Positions 53,721 through 64,000 of a DNA stretch of 64,000 bases are shown here, one piece after another. This DNA is from the human T2T-CHM13v2.0 reference genome, Homo sapiens. Each line of letters opens with the position of its first letter. Position 1 is the first letter of the stretch. The notes under the pieces were generated by a model, which ran no database searches, had not been told where the DNA came from, and saw only the letters and a list, made by a program, of their open reading frames with translations. The translations under genes were made by a program, and so were the position numbers. The stretch lies in assembly GCF_009914755.1 (NCBI RefSeq), contig NC_060926.1, one strand, 5' to 3'.

Positions 53721-56220
53721 AAGCCGCAGAGAGAGACACACTGAGAGGGAGATGATTATTAGTTGCGTTGAGTCATCAGGCAAAGTGAGTCCTTTTGGGT
53801 TGTCCTCGGTTTCCGATTTCTCCCCCTCCCCCTTTCGGTCCCCAGATCTAGCGCCTTCAAAATAATAATTTGGGGTGGGGGTAGGGGAAGTCTCTGGATT
53901 ATTTCGGGATGGGGGTGGGGGGGATGGATCTAAACCCAAGCCAGACTGGTCCACCGCAAGAAAAGAGGGGAGTGGGGGGCGGGGAGGAGGGCTGGGGAGG
54001 TTGCGGGGGGAGGGGGGCCCCGCCTGGCAGGAAATTAAACATCAATCAATCAATCGCTGTGAGCACGGCGACCCAACGGCGGCGGGGCTGCGAAGGAGGC
54101 AGAGGGACAGGCGAGGGGCGGGTGGGAGGCAGGGAGGAGGGAAGAGGAAGGGGAGAGTCGGCGGTCGGAGCGGGGTGACGAGGACCTCATGCACGAGGCG
54201 GCGAAGGACCGATGGCAGAGAACCGAGTGCGGCGCGAGGCGGTGGCCGCGGCCAGCGGGTGGGTGCGTCTGGGCGCAGGCGGGCACCGGGGCCCAGGGTC
54301 TGGTCCTCCTCCTTGTGGCGGGTCCAGGGCGCGGCCGCCTCGCCCAGCCCCTAGGCGCACTCGTCCCGGCGCGGAGGCGGCGGCGACAAGGCAGTCGCTG
54401 GGTGCCGCGTCTGCCGGCGGAGACGCAGACCGACGCGCAAGAGGCGACCGCGGCTGCCTCGGCTCCCAGCTCTGTTAACTGCGCGGAGTACTTTCGACTT
54501 TGGGGATAGGAGGGCGATCGCCTCCCCCACCCACCGCCTCCGCCCACCACCCACCGCCTCCGCCCCTCCGAGCAACTTTTCCCGGTGCCTGCGAGCTCCC
54601 CCTCCGCGCCGAGCCGAACGTCCCGGCCCGCCGCGCTTCGTGCCGCCGCGCGCGCAGGGAAGGCCGCTTCTCCTTCAAAGCTGGCACGGCCGCGAGTCCG
54701 GAACAATAGTCGGGGTGTCCCGAATGCCAGGAGCACGGCCACTGCCCGCCGGGCTGTGGGTGGCACAGGAATGGGGGTTGCGTGGTGGATGCAGAGCGGG
54801 GTGCATCCCTGGATGGCATCGCTGGAGCGCTCGCCGCTCCGGCGACATCGCGAGCGGTGCAAACCGGGCCGCCTGGAGCCCGTGACGCGGTGGCGGCGAG
54901 GGCGGTGGGGCTGCCTGTCCTCGGGCTACAGGACTGGGGCTCCTGGGGACCCCAAGCTGCTCGAGCCCAGGGCTGCTGGCGCCAACAGAGCTGTGCCCTG
55001 AGGACCCGGCCTCCCCGCCCGGGGGGAGGCCGCACAGGAGCGTCCCCAGCAGGTCCCGCGAAGGCGTAACAGAGCCACAAACTTTTGCCGACTCCCGCGG
55101 CCGCGGCCGCCGGCAGCCCGACTCCGGCCGCGGTGCTCATTTAAGGTGGCGCGGGCACTAGCCGAGCAGGCTGGCCTCTGGCCGCGCTTTTGTCCCTGCG
55201 ATTCCGCTTGGGCGCGCTGCCTCCTTAAGGAAAAGCACGTGGGCAGGGGCCGCAGCCCCCGCGAGATACCCGGGGCGTCGGCGGACATTAGCCGCTAGGA
55301 CCTTAGGCGAGAAAATGTGGACGCATCCCCGCCGGCCCTGAGGCCAGAGAATCCCCCCTCAACTGGTTGCACCTCATGTCCCTCCCGCACACGTTGACTC
55401 TCCCTCCTAATCCCCAGGACCCCGAGGGCTCTCCCACATCTCCCGCAGCAAGAGCCACCGATCCCCCTTAAGAAGCGTTGACTGTACGGCGGCGCCAGAG
55501 GGCCAAACTAAGTTCGGTTTCGGGAAACGCTCTCGGGAGCAGTTCTGTAAATCCCTGCTGGGAGCAGAGACTGCGAAAAGCTGAGTCCGCCGATCGTGCC
55601 CGGGACAAGGCTGCCTTCCACTCGCCGCATCTACCTGGTAGGCGGCATGCGCACGGGCTTAGAGGCTTGAGAGCCTCTGGAAGAGAAAGGGTCCCAGGAA
55701 GGAAACCTGCCCCCGGCCTAAGTGTCGGCGCCCAGATCACCACGAACCCCGCACCTAGGCGCCGCCCACCAAGTTCCAAAGAAGTCCGAGGCGACCTGGG
55801 AGTCGGTCGGATCCCAGCCGAGAAAAGAAACAAGCAGGATAGCAATTCTTAGGGGAGCCACCCTGGGAGTTTTAGGCAGCGTTTGCCTTTCCCTGGTTTT
55901 CTTCACCAAGCCCCATCCTCCCCCCGCATACCACCCCCAGTCAAAAGAGTGGGAGAAAATGCACAGTTCGAAGTCGGTGAGAGCAAAAATGGGTCTAGTA
56001 AATCAACCCGTGGTGGTAGCTAAAAGGTTTGGGGCTGCAAAGAAACAAACTGTAAGTTTTGAGCAACAAACTTTTTCTTCAATCTGTAATATGTCGAAAT
56101 GGGAAGGGGGTGTTGCAAAAGCCAACTACCACTGTCAAACTTAGCCCGTTTACAACATGGGGAAAGGCGTATTTCTTACTAATATCTCAACAACGATAAC
56201 AATGCTGTATCCTTCCTTAC

Positions 56221-56301
56221 CTTGATGTTGAACTGCGAATCCTCCTCCGGATCAATGTCCAGGAACTTAGAAGAATTGGTGATATTAGGAGTTCAGTACT
56301 T
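56221..56301 (-). other. SATB2: 81-nt non-coding 5'UTR exon of distal-promoter SATB2 isoforms
   Basis: Acceptor TTTGCATTTTTTTCCAG|AAG at 56302/56301 and donor AAG|GTAAGG at 56221/56220; contains no ATG. Confidence 0.8.
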
Positions 56302-57649
56302 CTGGAAAAAAATGCAAATGGTTTAGCCAGGATCTTTCCTGTCTGATTCGTCACTATTATTATATCTGATGATGCGAATGGTTGGAGCGATTCAATCCTA
56401 AGTCATTAATGAGCTATTTTATAAACACCACTGTCTGAAGATCTTCATTTACATTTTGCTAAGGATCACTTCGCTAACCTCACAGGCTTGTGTCAACAGC
56501 ATGATTTGCAGGACTTCAGTTACACTCTTATAAACAACACGGCTGTATTGTTAATCGGTTAATATTTTATAAAGTGTAAATATTTTATTATGTTTTGAAG
56601 GGAACTATTGATTCTAAATTATTAAACCCCTGAGAAGGACTATTTAAATGAAATATACAATTAAGTACAATTAAATGTACATTGTGGTTAGTTTGTTTTC
56701 AGATTCTGCACCCTTTTAAATTCATTGCTTTTCTCTTTACTGGAGTTTCCTCTTGTCCATTTCTGATACTGAAAAAAATCTATCATGTTAGGAAAAAGCC
56801 TAAATTATTTAAAGTTGCATTAAACTTAGAGGAAAATGTCAAATACGATTAATTATGACCAGAAATGTATTTTGGATGTTTGTAGAGTTGTATTTCATAT
56901 CACATTTTACAAATTTCTTCCGATTTAAAGGAGAGTTCTAGGAAGTTTTGTGATCTATGTCCGGTGTGGGTTTTTGTCCTCTCGAGTTTTGTCTCTAATA
57001 AAGGCCTTTTTTGTTTCAAATTACATACGCTTTTTACTGCACAATTTTTGTATTGACCTTATTTCAACTGAAGCGATTATTTCCAGCAGGTTTAATTTCG
57101 ACAATAAGATATATTTTAATAGTTTTACCTTTCGCTAGAATTTTGTATTGTTTAAAACAGTAAATGAATAAATTTGCTGATGATTCAAGAATATTTGTTT
57201 GGTTTCGTTTTGTATCCCTCAAAAGGTTTATTTCCAAACTTTTTAAAACAAAATCACGAGAAAAGAGTTGTTTTAATTACGTTTGATTTTTAAAAATACT
57301 TTTATCTAAAACCCATTTTGTGCATTAGGAGATAGTTTGCTTCCATGCTCAAAACATGGAGTTCACATCTGGGGGACATTTTTATCCCTCAGTTTCCTTC
57401 TAACTGACGTTTTTGTCGGGAATCTGCTCAGACTTTTCCCCTTTTCTTCACCCACCTCCCAAGTTTTCCTTATGTAATTTAGTAAAAGGCCGCCTGTTTT
57501 TCACAAACACGGATTTGTTATTTTAAAAATCAATAGATCTTTATATGCTAGTGTTAAAGGTGTATGGTTTTTCTTATTTCCATCTTCTCTCCTTTTCTCT
57601 CTGTCAGGCCTTCTTTTATGGCCTGCACTCTAATGACGTTTCTTGATTT

Positions 57650-60600
57650 CTCTTTGTCGACACCAAGTTTTTGTTGTGCGTGCTTTCGACCCTGGTCAAC
57701 CTTCCTTCCTAGAGGCCCGCTCCGGACAGCGTAGGCCTGGGCGCCTGGGTGGAGGGTGCAGGGTGCCGGGCGCGGGACTTCGGCTCTCGCCTGGGCCATC
57801 CCGGGCTCTGAGGGCCCGGCATCCATCCCCAAGGTCCATGGCTTTCAAGTTCGGTCACCCAGGCAGAGAGACCCTGCCTTTTAAAGAGCCCTGGAAAGTT
57901 GCGCCGCGTTTTCCCTCAACCCTGGAACACGCAGGGAAAACTATGGGAATCGCCCGCGTCAAAAGCTTTCGACGGCTTCTAGGAACCCAAGCGGGCCTGC
58001 CTCTTCCCCTGGAGCTTGCCCTCCTGGGGGCGGGAGGAGGGCGGGAGGGAATCATTTCTTTCAAATGAAGCCCACGCCAGCTCTGAAGCCAATTTCCGCC
58101 GCGGACTGTCCGTGGAGAGTTGGCGACCAACACTTTCTCGGACGGCATAACCGCGAGGGGCTTAGACTGGAAATCAGATGCGCCAAGAGGACAAGAGCCA
58201 GGGGCCAGAATACCCCAGTGGGGGACGCGCCTTGGAGGACGGTTCGCCCAGGGTGGGCTTCAGCCCTTTCCCAGAGTGCTCCGGGCGTCTGGGGACTGAC
58301 CGGAGCGCAGGGCGGGGGACACTTACTTCGTTATCCGCACGCCTTCCTCGTTGGCATCAGAGCCGGACAAATCCCAACCCGCGCCAGGCAAAGATAAATG
58401 ACTCCTGGCTCCCCCGGCAGCTCAGGGGGTCTGGGCGGGGGCGGAGAGGGAAGGAAGCCGTCGGCCGCCGGAGGTAGAGACTGTGGAGGTCCTCCTCCCG
58501 GCCCCAAGCGAATGAGCCCCTGCGGCCCGAGCAGAGAGATACGCCTCAGAGGGACGACTGATGGGGAAGGATGGTGGGCAACGAGTCTGCGCTAGGCGGT
58601 GAGCCTAGCACCCCAGAGGCCCGAGGGTCTGGGGCTAGTGGGGCCGACCGTTCAGGAGCCGGGTGGGCGGGAAGGGAATTGCCAAGGTCGGCCCAGGAGC
58701 TGCCTCAGGCGAGGACGGGGAGCTTTCTGCACTGGGCTTCCCGGGGTAGGAGATGGGCGTCGGGTGTGGGCACTGCCTGCCCTGGGGGAAGAAAGCGAGG
58801 AGATAGGTTTCAGAGCTGGGGGAGTCGTTGGTGGGAGATCTGGTGTCCCTTCGGCGGCCGCGGGCCGGGGGACCGGGGAAGACGGAGGGTCCTGCGGCCT
58901 GGAGCACCACCCTACCACACCAGGCAACGCCCCCCGGGGCGCCCTTCATTCTTTTGCAGAGCCCAGAACTTAATAGGTGGGTCCCCTTCTGCAACCACGC
59001 TGCGAGAGAATGACTGCCCTGCTAATCTAGTTTACTTGTAGAAATCGACTGTAAACCGGGACAACAAGGCAAGGGTGGGGGAAGAAAAGGAAGCGCCGAA
59101 GGAGCCGCCGCTGCGTCCCCGCCCCCAGCTCGGAGCTGCCGGGGTTGGGGCCCCGGGTGGCGCTCCCGACCCGCCGCGTTTTCCTTAGGGAAACACCGAG
59201 TGAGGCAGAGGATCTCAGGCCCAAGGTGGCTGCGAAGAGCCCCGAGGCCTCGGCTTGGCGTCAATGTCCCGCCACCCTCGAGCCCGGGTCACTGCCCGGG
59301 TCCCGGCCCGGAGCCCCAGCGTCCTCTCCCGACAGCGCCACCGCGTGGGCTGAGGCCGAAACCTTCGGCGCCGGCTCTGCCGGTCGCGTCCCGGAGCCAA
59401 CCCTTCCGCGTCGCCTGCAGTCCACGGGTTAAGGATGTGGCGGGGGATGGGCAGGTCCCTGGCCCAGGGTACCACCGGGCCACTCAACACAAAAACGCCC
59501 TGGCGCGTGCAAAATACGAACGCCCACAGTTTGTCCCAACCCCTTGAAATGAAAAGTACACCTGGAAAGCCCAAGATAGCACCCGGTCCGCACCCCAAAT
59601 TTCAGGCAGGCCAGCAGGCGTCCAGAAATCCGCTCCCACCCCTCGTAGGGGCAGGCAAGCTCAGGCAGCCGGGTGCAAGGGGGCCCAAACCGCAGTTGCC
59701 TCCCGAACGCTTTGAGGCTATGGGCCCACGCCGGTCTTGAACCAAGCGGAGAGGGCGAAAAAGCCCGCTGCGGGACCCACGGTCCCAGACACCTACTGGA
59801 GCCAGGGACGAGGGGGGCAGTGTATCCGGCGGCCCAAACTCGTAAGGAGTGGGGGCCAACTTAGAGGGCTTCCCGAGCTGGCGCCTCGCCTGTTTTCTCG
59901 GTATCACGAATCCCCTCGGACACCGTTTCAGTCCGTCAAGACCTTGGCCTCCGGGAAAGGCCCAAGTGACTGTGACGGCGGCGACTCGGGCTCAGTTCTC
60001 CCCCACCCCGTGGTGCCTTCCCTCCCCGCCCTACAGCCAAGCCCAGAGGAACAGGGCATCGCCTCGCGCGGTCCCGGAGCCACATCCGGACTTGGGAACC
60101 CCGTGTCGGGCTTAGAGGACTTCACTGGGCGGGTTGGGGTTTATTTTCAATAAATTCAGCTGTTCACATACACCCCCACCACCATTTCCACGCGCGCGCG
60201 CGCACACACACACACACACACACAGAGGGACTTGTCAACTATTGAGACAGCGACCCAGAAAGGTGTAAATTCACCTGGTGCCCACCCAATTGCAAAGCTC
60301 CCAGACCCACACAAAACACTAGCGAGCCCTGGAGGTCTGAGACGCCCCGCGCCCGACTCACGGCGCGAACACCAGCGCTCCGGCCGGGTCGCAGGGGCCG
60401 GTGCCCAGCGGGCCGGGGTCTGGCGAGCCAGGCAGCGGGCCGGCTGAGCTCCTGCGCCCCGCGGTCGCGTGGCCTACTCGCCTACTCCCTTATTATTGGC
60501 TGGGACCTGTTCCTTTCCAAAGTGTGATGCCCGGTGTCCTACCCTAGGCCACGCGGAGCTCTCTCCCGGCGTGTCGGGCCCTGCGCCCCTGCCCAGTGGC

Positions 60601-60745
60601 TCACCTCGGCTCGCTGCGCCCGCCTTCGCCCCAAGTGCCCAGGACGGAGCGAGGGGCTGTGGGTCGGCGCAGGGACGCTGGCTGCTCACCTCCAGGAGCC
60701 GACAGAAGGTGCCTTCGGCGTCACGCGTCCAACCCTGGGGCTGAT
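57650..60745. promoter_or_regulatory. Upstream CpG island (distal promoter region)
   Basis: Dense CpG and high GC, separated from the proximal island by an AT-rich spacer at about 56.3-57.6 kb. Confidence 0.85.
60189..60224. repeat. Compound (CG)6(CA)11 alternating purine-pyrimidine tract
   Basis: Direct reading. Confidence 0.95.
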
Positions 60746-60900
60746 TTAAATAACTAATAAGCTCAGAGAAATTTTACGAGGGGAACTTTTCCTTTTAGTA
60801 TCAATAAAGCCTAGTAATTGGGTTTGTTGGTTACCTAAGCTCGAGTTCGACTTTCTCAGTCTCTCTCTCTCTCTCTCTTTCTCATTCAGAGGCAACGTTT
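60605..60900 (-). other. Candidate distal non-coding first exon (boundaries uncertain)
   Basis: Minus-strand donor-like sites GAG|GTGAGC at 60604 and 60689 and TAG|GTAACC at 60834, at the edge of the upstream CpG island. An upstream donor is needed for the 56301 acceptor. Confidence 0.35.
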
Positions 60901-62779
60901 TCAAAAACCGGCAATTGCGTGTGCGTTTGGGGTGTGCAAGTGTGAGTGTAGATGTGTGAAAGTTATTTGTTTCAGCAGTCCTTGTCTCGAGAGCAATCAT
61001 CATTGTAGCTTTGAGTGAAGAGTTTTCAAAGGTGAACTGTTGTTATTTCTGTCAACAGAAAACTGTTGACAACCATTCAAGTCTCACAATACAAGTATAA
61101 TATAAGGGAGGGTGGAATATCTAAAGACTGTCCCGTTGGATATGACAGAAAGACATCTGCAGTGTTTCCCTAATAGTTTGCATTTTAATTAACTTTCATT
61201 ACATTCTGACTTCCACTCAATATCCGTTGTTTTCAGTAAAGACTTCTATATGATAAAACGTTGTAATTTTTGTTCTGGTTTTCCAATCTTCTTGAAAACC
61301 AGTTCTTAATTGTAAGGAATTTTTCCACCTGGGAACCATGCCGTAATTTAAAAATATAAAAGACCTTTCATGAACAATAACTGCAAATAACCCATTTGTT
61401 AGTGTCTGCGGAGTTGCTGGCACCTATACAAAGTCTCTGAAATATAAAGGCAATCTAAGAATGTTTCTCTCCAACCATAGTGATATATACTTTTTTCGTT
61501 TTTGTTGTGTGGAAGTTAAAAACACTTTTAAAGTTACTTTTTAGAAAAGTGTTGTGCTAAAATTTACCTGAACTTAAATTCCTTATCAATGTTAGCCTAA
61601 CGAAATGAAGAGTATTTCTGAATCAGATTATTGTTAGAGTCATATGCTAAATAGTAAAGGAAAAGAAATGGGAATTAAAGTTTGCAAACCAAGACCAGGG
61701 AAAAGTCGGCTCCAGAAGTTACCAGGAACCCACCCAAACCTGTGCACTCATATCTCCTGTATTTACATATTATAGACAACTTTTCCTTTCCACTTTTAGC
61801 TAGAAAAGTGGTGGGCTCCCCTTAGTTCGTCTCGTTTTATGCTGTAAGACCCAAAGTCTGCTGAGGGCTGCCCCTGCCAGGTAACTTCCGGAGACCCGGA
61901 GTTACTTGGAGACAGACCCGGCCCTTTGCACATTCCAAGTGAAGGACGTCTCGCGCATTCTTCCCAGAGCTACCACACACCTAACCTCTTCTGGACACCC
62001 AACAGCTGGGGCACTGGAGCACCTGACCCTACTCAAGATCATCCCCCAGCCCTTGCCGGCACTTAGGGACAGCAGAATCTGAGCTGTGGGTGTACATACT
62101 CCCCATTTTCTGCTTTCCCAGAGGATCACAGACAACTTTTCTTCCCATCTGCTCCCGCTGGACTCCTATGATCACCCATCATCCCCAGTTGTTGCTATCT
62201 CTGAGCTCTTGGTGACCAGCCCTTGTCCCCCAAGCTGACCAAGTTGAGAGAGTACTTGTCCTCCCAGCACTGTCTCTCAGTATCAGGAAGTTGAGATCAG
62301 TGGCAGGGAAAGATGGAAGGATTGGCAAGGAAAGTGCAGGGCCAAGTAGAGTAGCTCAGAGCCTCAGCAATGGGCACCTGTCCTCCCCCAAACAACCTGT
62401 GGTCTCTCCGGCTCCCTGCTTTTCCACCATTGGTCCCATCCTGGGCTACCAGCCTCCACTGAGCTGCTCTGGGAACTTAGGGTGTCTCACATTACTTCCC
62501 TGCTATGGCATATTTTGGTTTCAGTTGAGCTATTTTCTGAAGATGTGGATACTCCAGTTTTATTCTTTTTCTGTCTGTGTCTCAGTACTCTTTTCCTTTT
62601 TTAAGAATGTTCCCCAAGCCTGGCTTTTGCCAGACCCTGTGCCATCTCCCCAAGCTCTATTTACAAGAACAAGAAGTGATTTGTCTGTTTATAGCAGGTT
62701 TAATTAAGACAGTTATGCGCCGTGAACTCTTTGGGCCTCAATCAATGCACTTAGATTTGGAAACTCAGATAGAATCACA

Positions 62780-63250
62780 TCTTACACGTGCGGCCCCGGC
62801 TGGCCGCCCAGGCTGAGGACAGAGCTATTGTTTTCTACATCAGCCTCACTGGAACTGGGCAAGTCCCCTGCAGAACTGGCACCCCCTGCTCCTCCCAAGA
62901 GACCTCAAGTCAGGTCTCCCGGCCAGACTCAGGCCTTTCTAATACAGGCGTGAAGGGCGGGACGCCCAGAGCCCTCTTGTTGGCCGGTGGCTAAGGAGCC
63001 AGGTGGATAACTTCTGCGGATTCGGCTTTCAGGCTGCTGGAGCTCTCCCCAGCCCGAGGCCTTAGCCCAGCGCAATCCCTTGTCCAGACCGGCCAGTTTC
63101 CGCGTGGCGAAAAAGGGGGAGGCAAGTGTGTCTTTTCCAAGGAGCTTTTATCCAACAGCCTCCCCTCCCCCCAACTCTCAGCCTTAGGTGCCGGGCTTCA
63201 GCCGAAGCGTTTTTCAAATTTGTCATCATTGGAAACCTCGGACAAGTGGA
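62780..63250. promoter_or_regulatory. Small CpG-rich patch
   Basis: Locally retained CpGs, E-box CACGTG at about 62785, GC box GGGCGGG at about 62955. Confidence 0.45.
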
Positions 63251-63791
63251 GTGTAAAATTTTGAGGGTTTCCAGGTAGGCTCTGACTTCAGGCATTCAAT
63301 GAAAGGGGAAGAGGGCTGAGGGCGGGGGAGAGAGACAAGCACAGAGGGCTCCCTGTAGTCGGCAGGAATTCCCTCCCTCTGCAGCCCAGCTGCACCCACT
63401 AGCACACACTAGTCTTGCCTTCTCCCGGCTTTGGAAGAATCCCCACCACATTCTTTAGCTCTCAGAAAGGAGAGGGCAGTCAGGTCAAGGTCTTTCAGCA
63501 TCCCTACCGCAATATACCCCTCCCAGCCCCCTCACCACCACCACGTTGGCCTAGGACACAGGACCCCGGGGCCAGGGCCTCAGTGACTGCAGCTTATGCC
63601 ACCTAATGCAGAATGGGGTGTCCCTGCCTCCACTGCTCCTCTCGGTCTCAGCATCCAGGTCCTGAAACCCCTGCGATTCTGGCCTGGGAAGCCAGACTTG
63701 CCACCAACATCATGGTATCACCCATAATTGATCCACTCAGTTTTCAGTAGATGTGGAATCCAACAAGAGTAACACCACCCTCCACGCCCCA

Positions 63792-63853
63792 CTCTTTTTT
63801 CTTTCTTTCTTTCTTTCTTTTTCTTTCTCTCTCTCTCTCTCTTTTTTTTTTTT
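63792..63853. repeat. Polypyrimidine simple repeat (CTTT)n/(CT)n/Tn
   Basis: Direct reading. Confidence 0.9.
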
Positions 63854-64000
63854 AAGAATCCAAGGCACTTGAAACATTCTGAGTGTGCCTGCAGTAGGGT
63901 CTCAGAGGAGTTGCTCTGAAAGCTGTTGAGAGCAGCCACCTTTGCTGTCACTGAGAGCTTGGCAGGGTCAGCTCTGGTGGGCCGTTTGCACCCAGGCTCT

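Noticed and set aside
53182-55852. Many long overlapping ORFs in the CpG island (e.g. 54050-54862, 270 aa; 54475-55140, 221 aa; 53316-53954, 212 aa)
   Set aside because: Stop-codon scarcity in very GC-rich DNA; low-complexity R/G/A/P peptides on both strands with no recognisable domain.
57554-60749. ORF cluster in the upstream CpG island
   Set aside because: Same GC artefact; no coherent gene structure.
53400-64000. SATB2-AS1 antisense lncRNA
   Set aside because: Known to lie in this promoter region, but I cannot place its exons from sequence alone.

Overview
Primate (very probably human, chr2q33) genomic DNA covering the 5' part of SATB2 on the minus strand. Two coding exons are present: 51812-51644 (c.1-169, MERRSESP...KAVG) and 29520-29344 (177 nt, start of the ubiquitin-like domain), both with canonical GT-AG sites. 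Non-coding 5' exons (donor at 53113; 81-nt exon 56301-56221) lie in or beside CpG islands at about 51.5-60.8 kb. The remainder is intron with Alu, MIR, L2, CR1/L3, L1M, MLT1, MER2, MER5, MER33 and MADE1 relics. No prokaryotic systems, RNA genes or CRISPR arrays were seen, and I cannot claim a new biological system. The best leads are: (1) tandem 5'UTR splice donors 7 nt apart that would switch a 13-aa uORF into a 105-aa ORF overlapping the SATB2 start; (2) a nested double palindrome carrying AATATATTT base-unpairing cores near the ULD exon; (3) several other template-switch-like inverted duplications; (4) candidate recursive-splice and microexon sites; (5) a possible CpG-decayed insertion of unknown origin. 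Repeat family names and boundaries come from reading by eye and are approximate.
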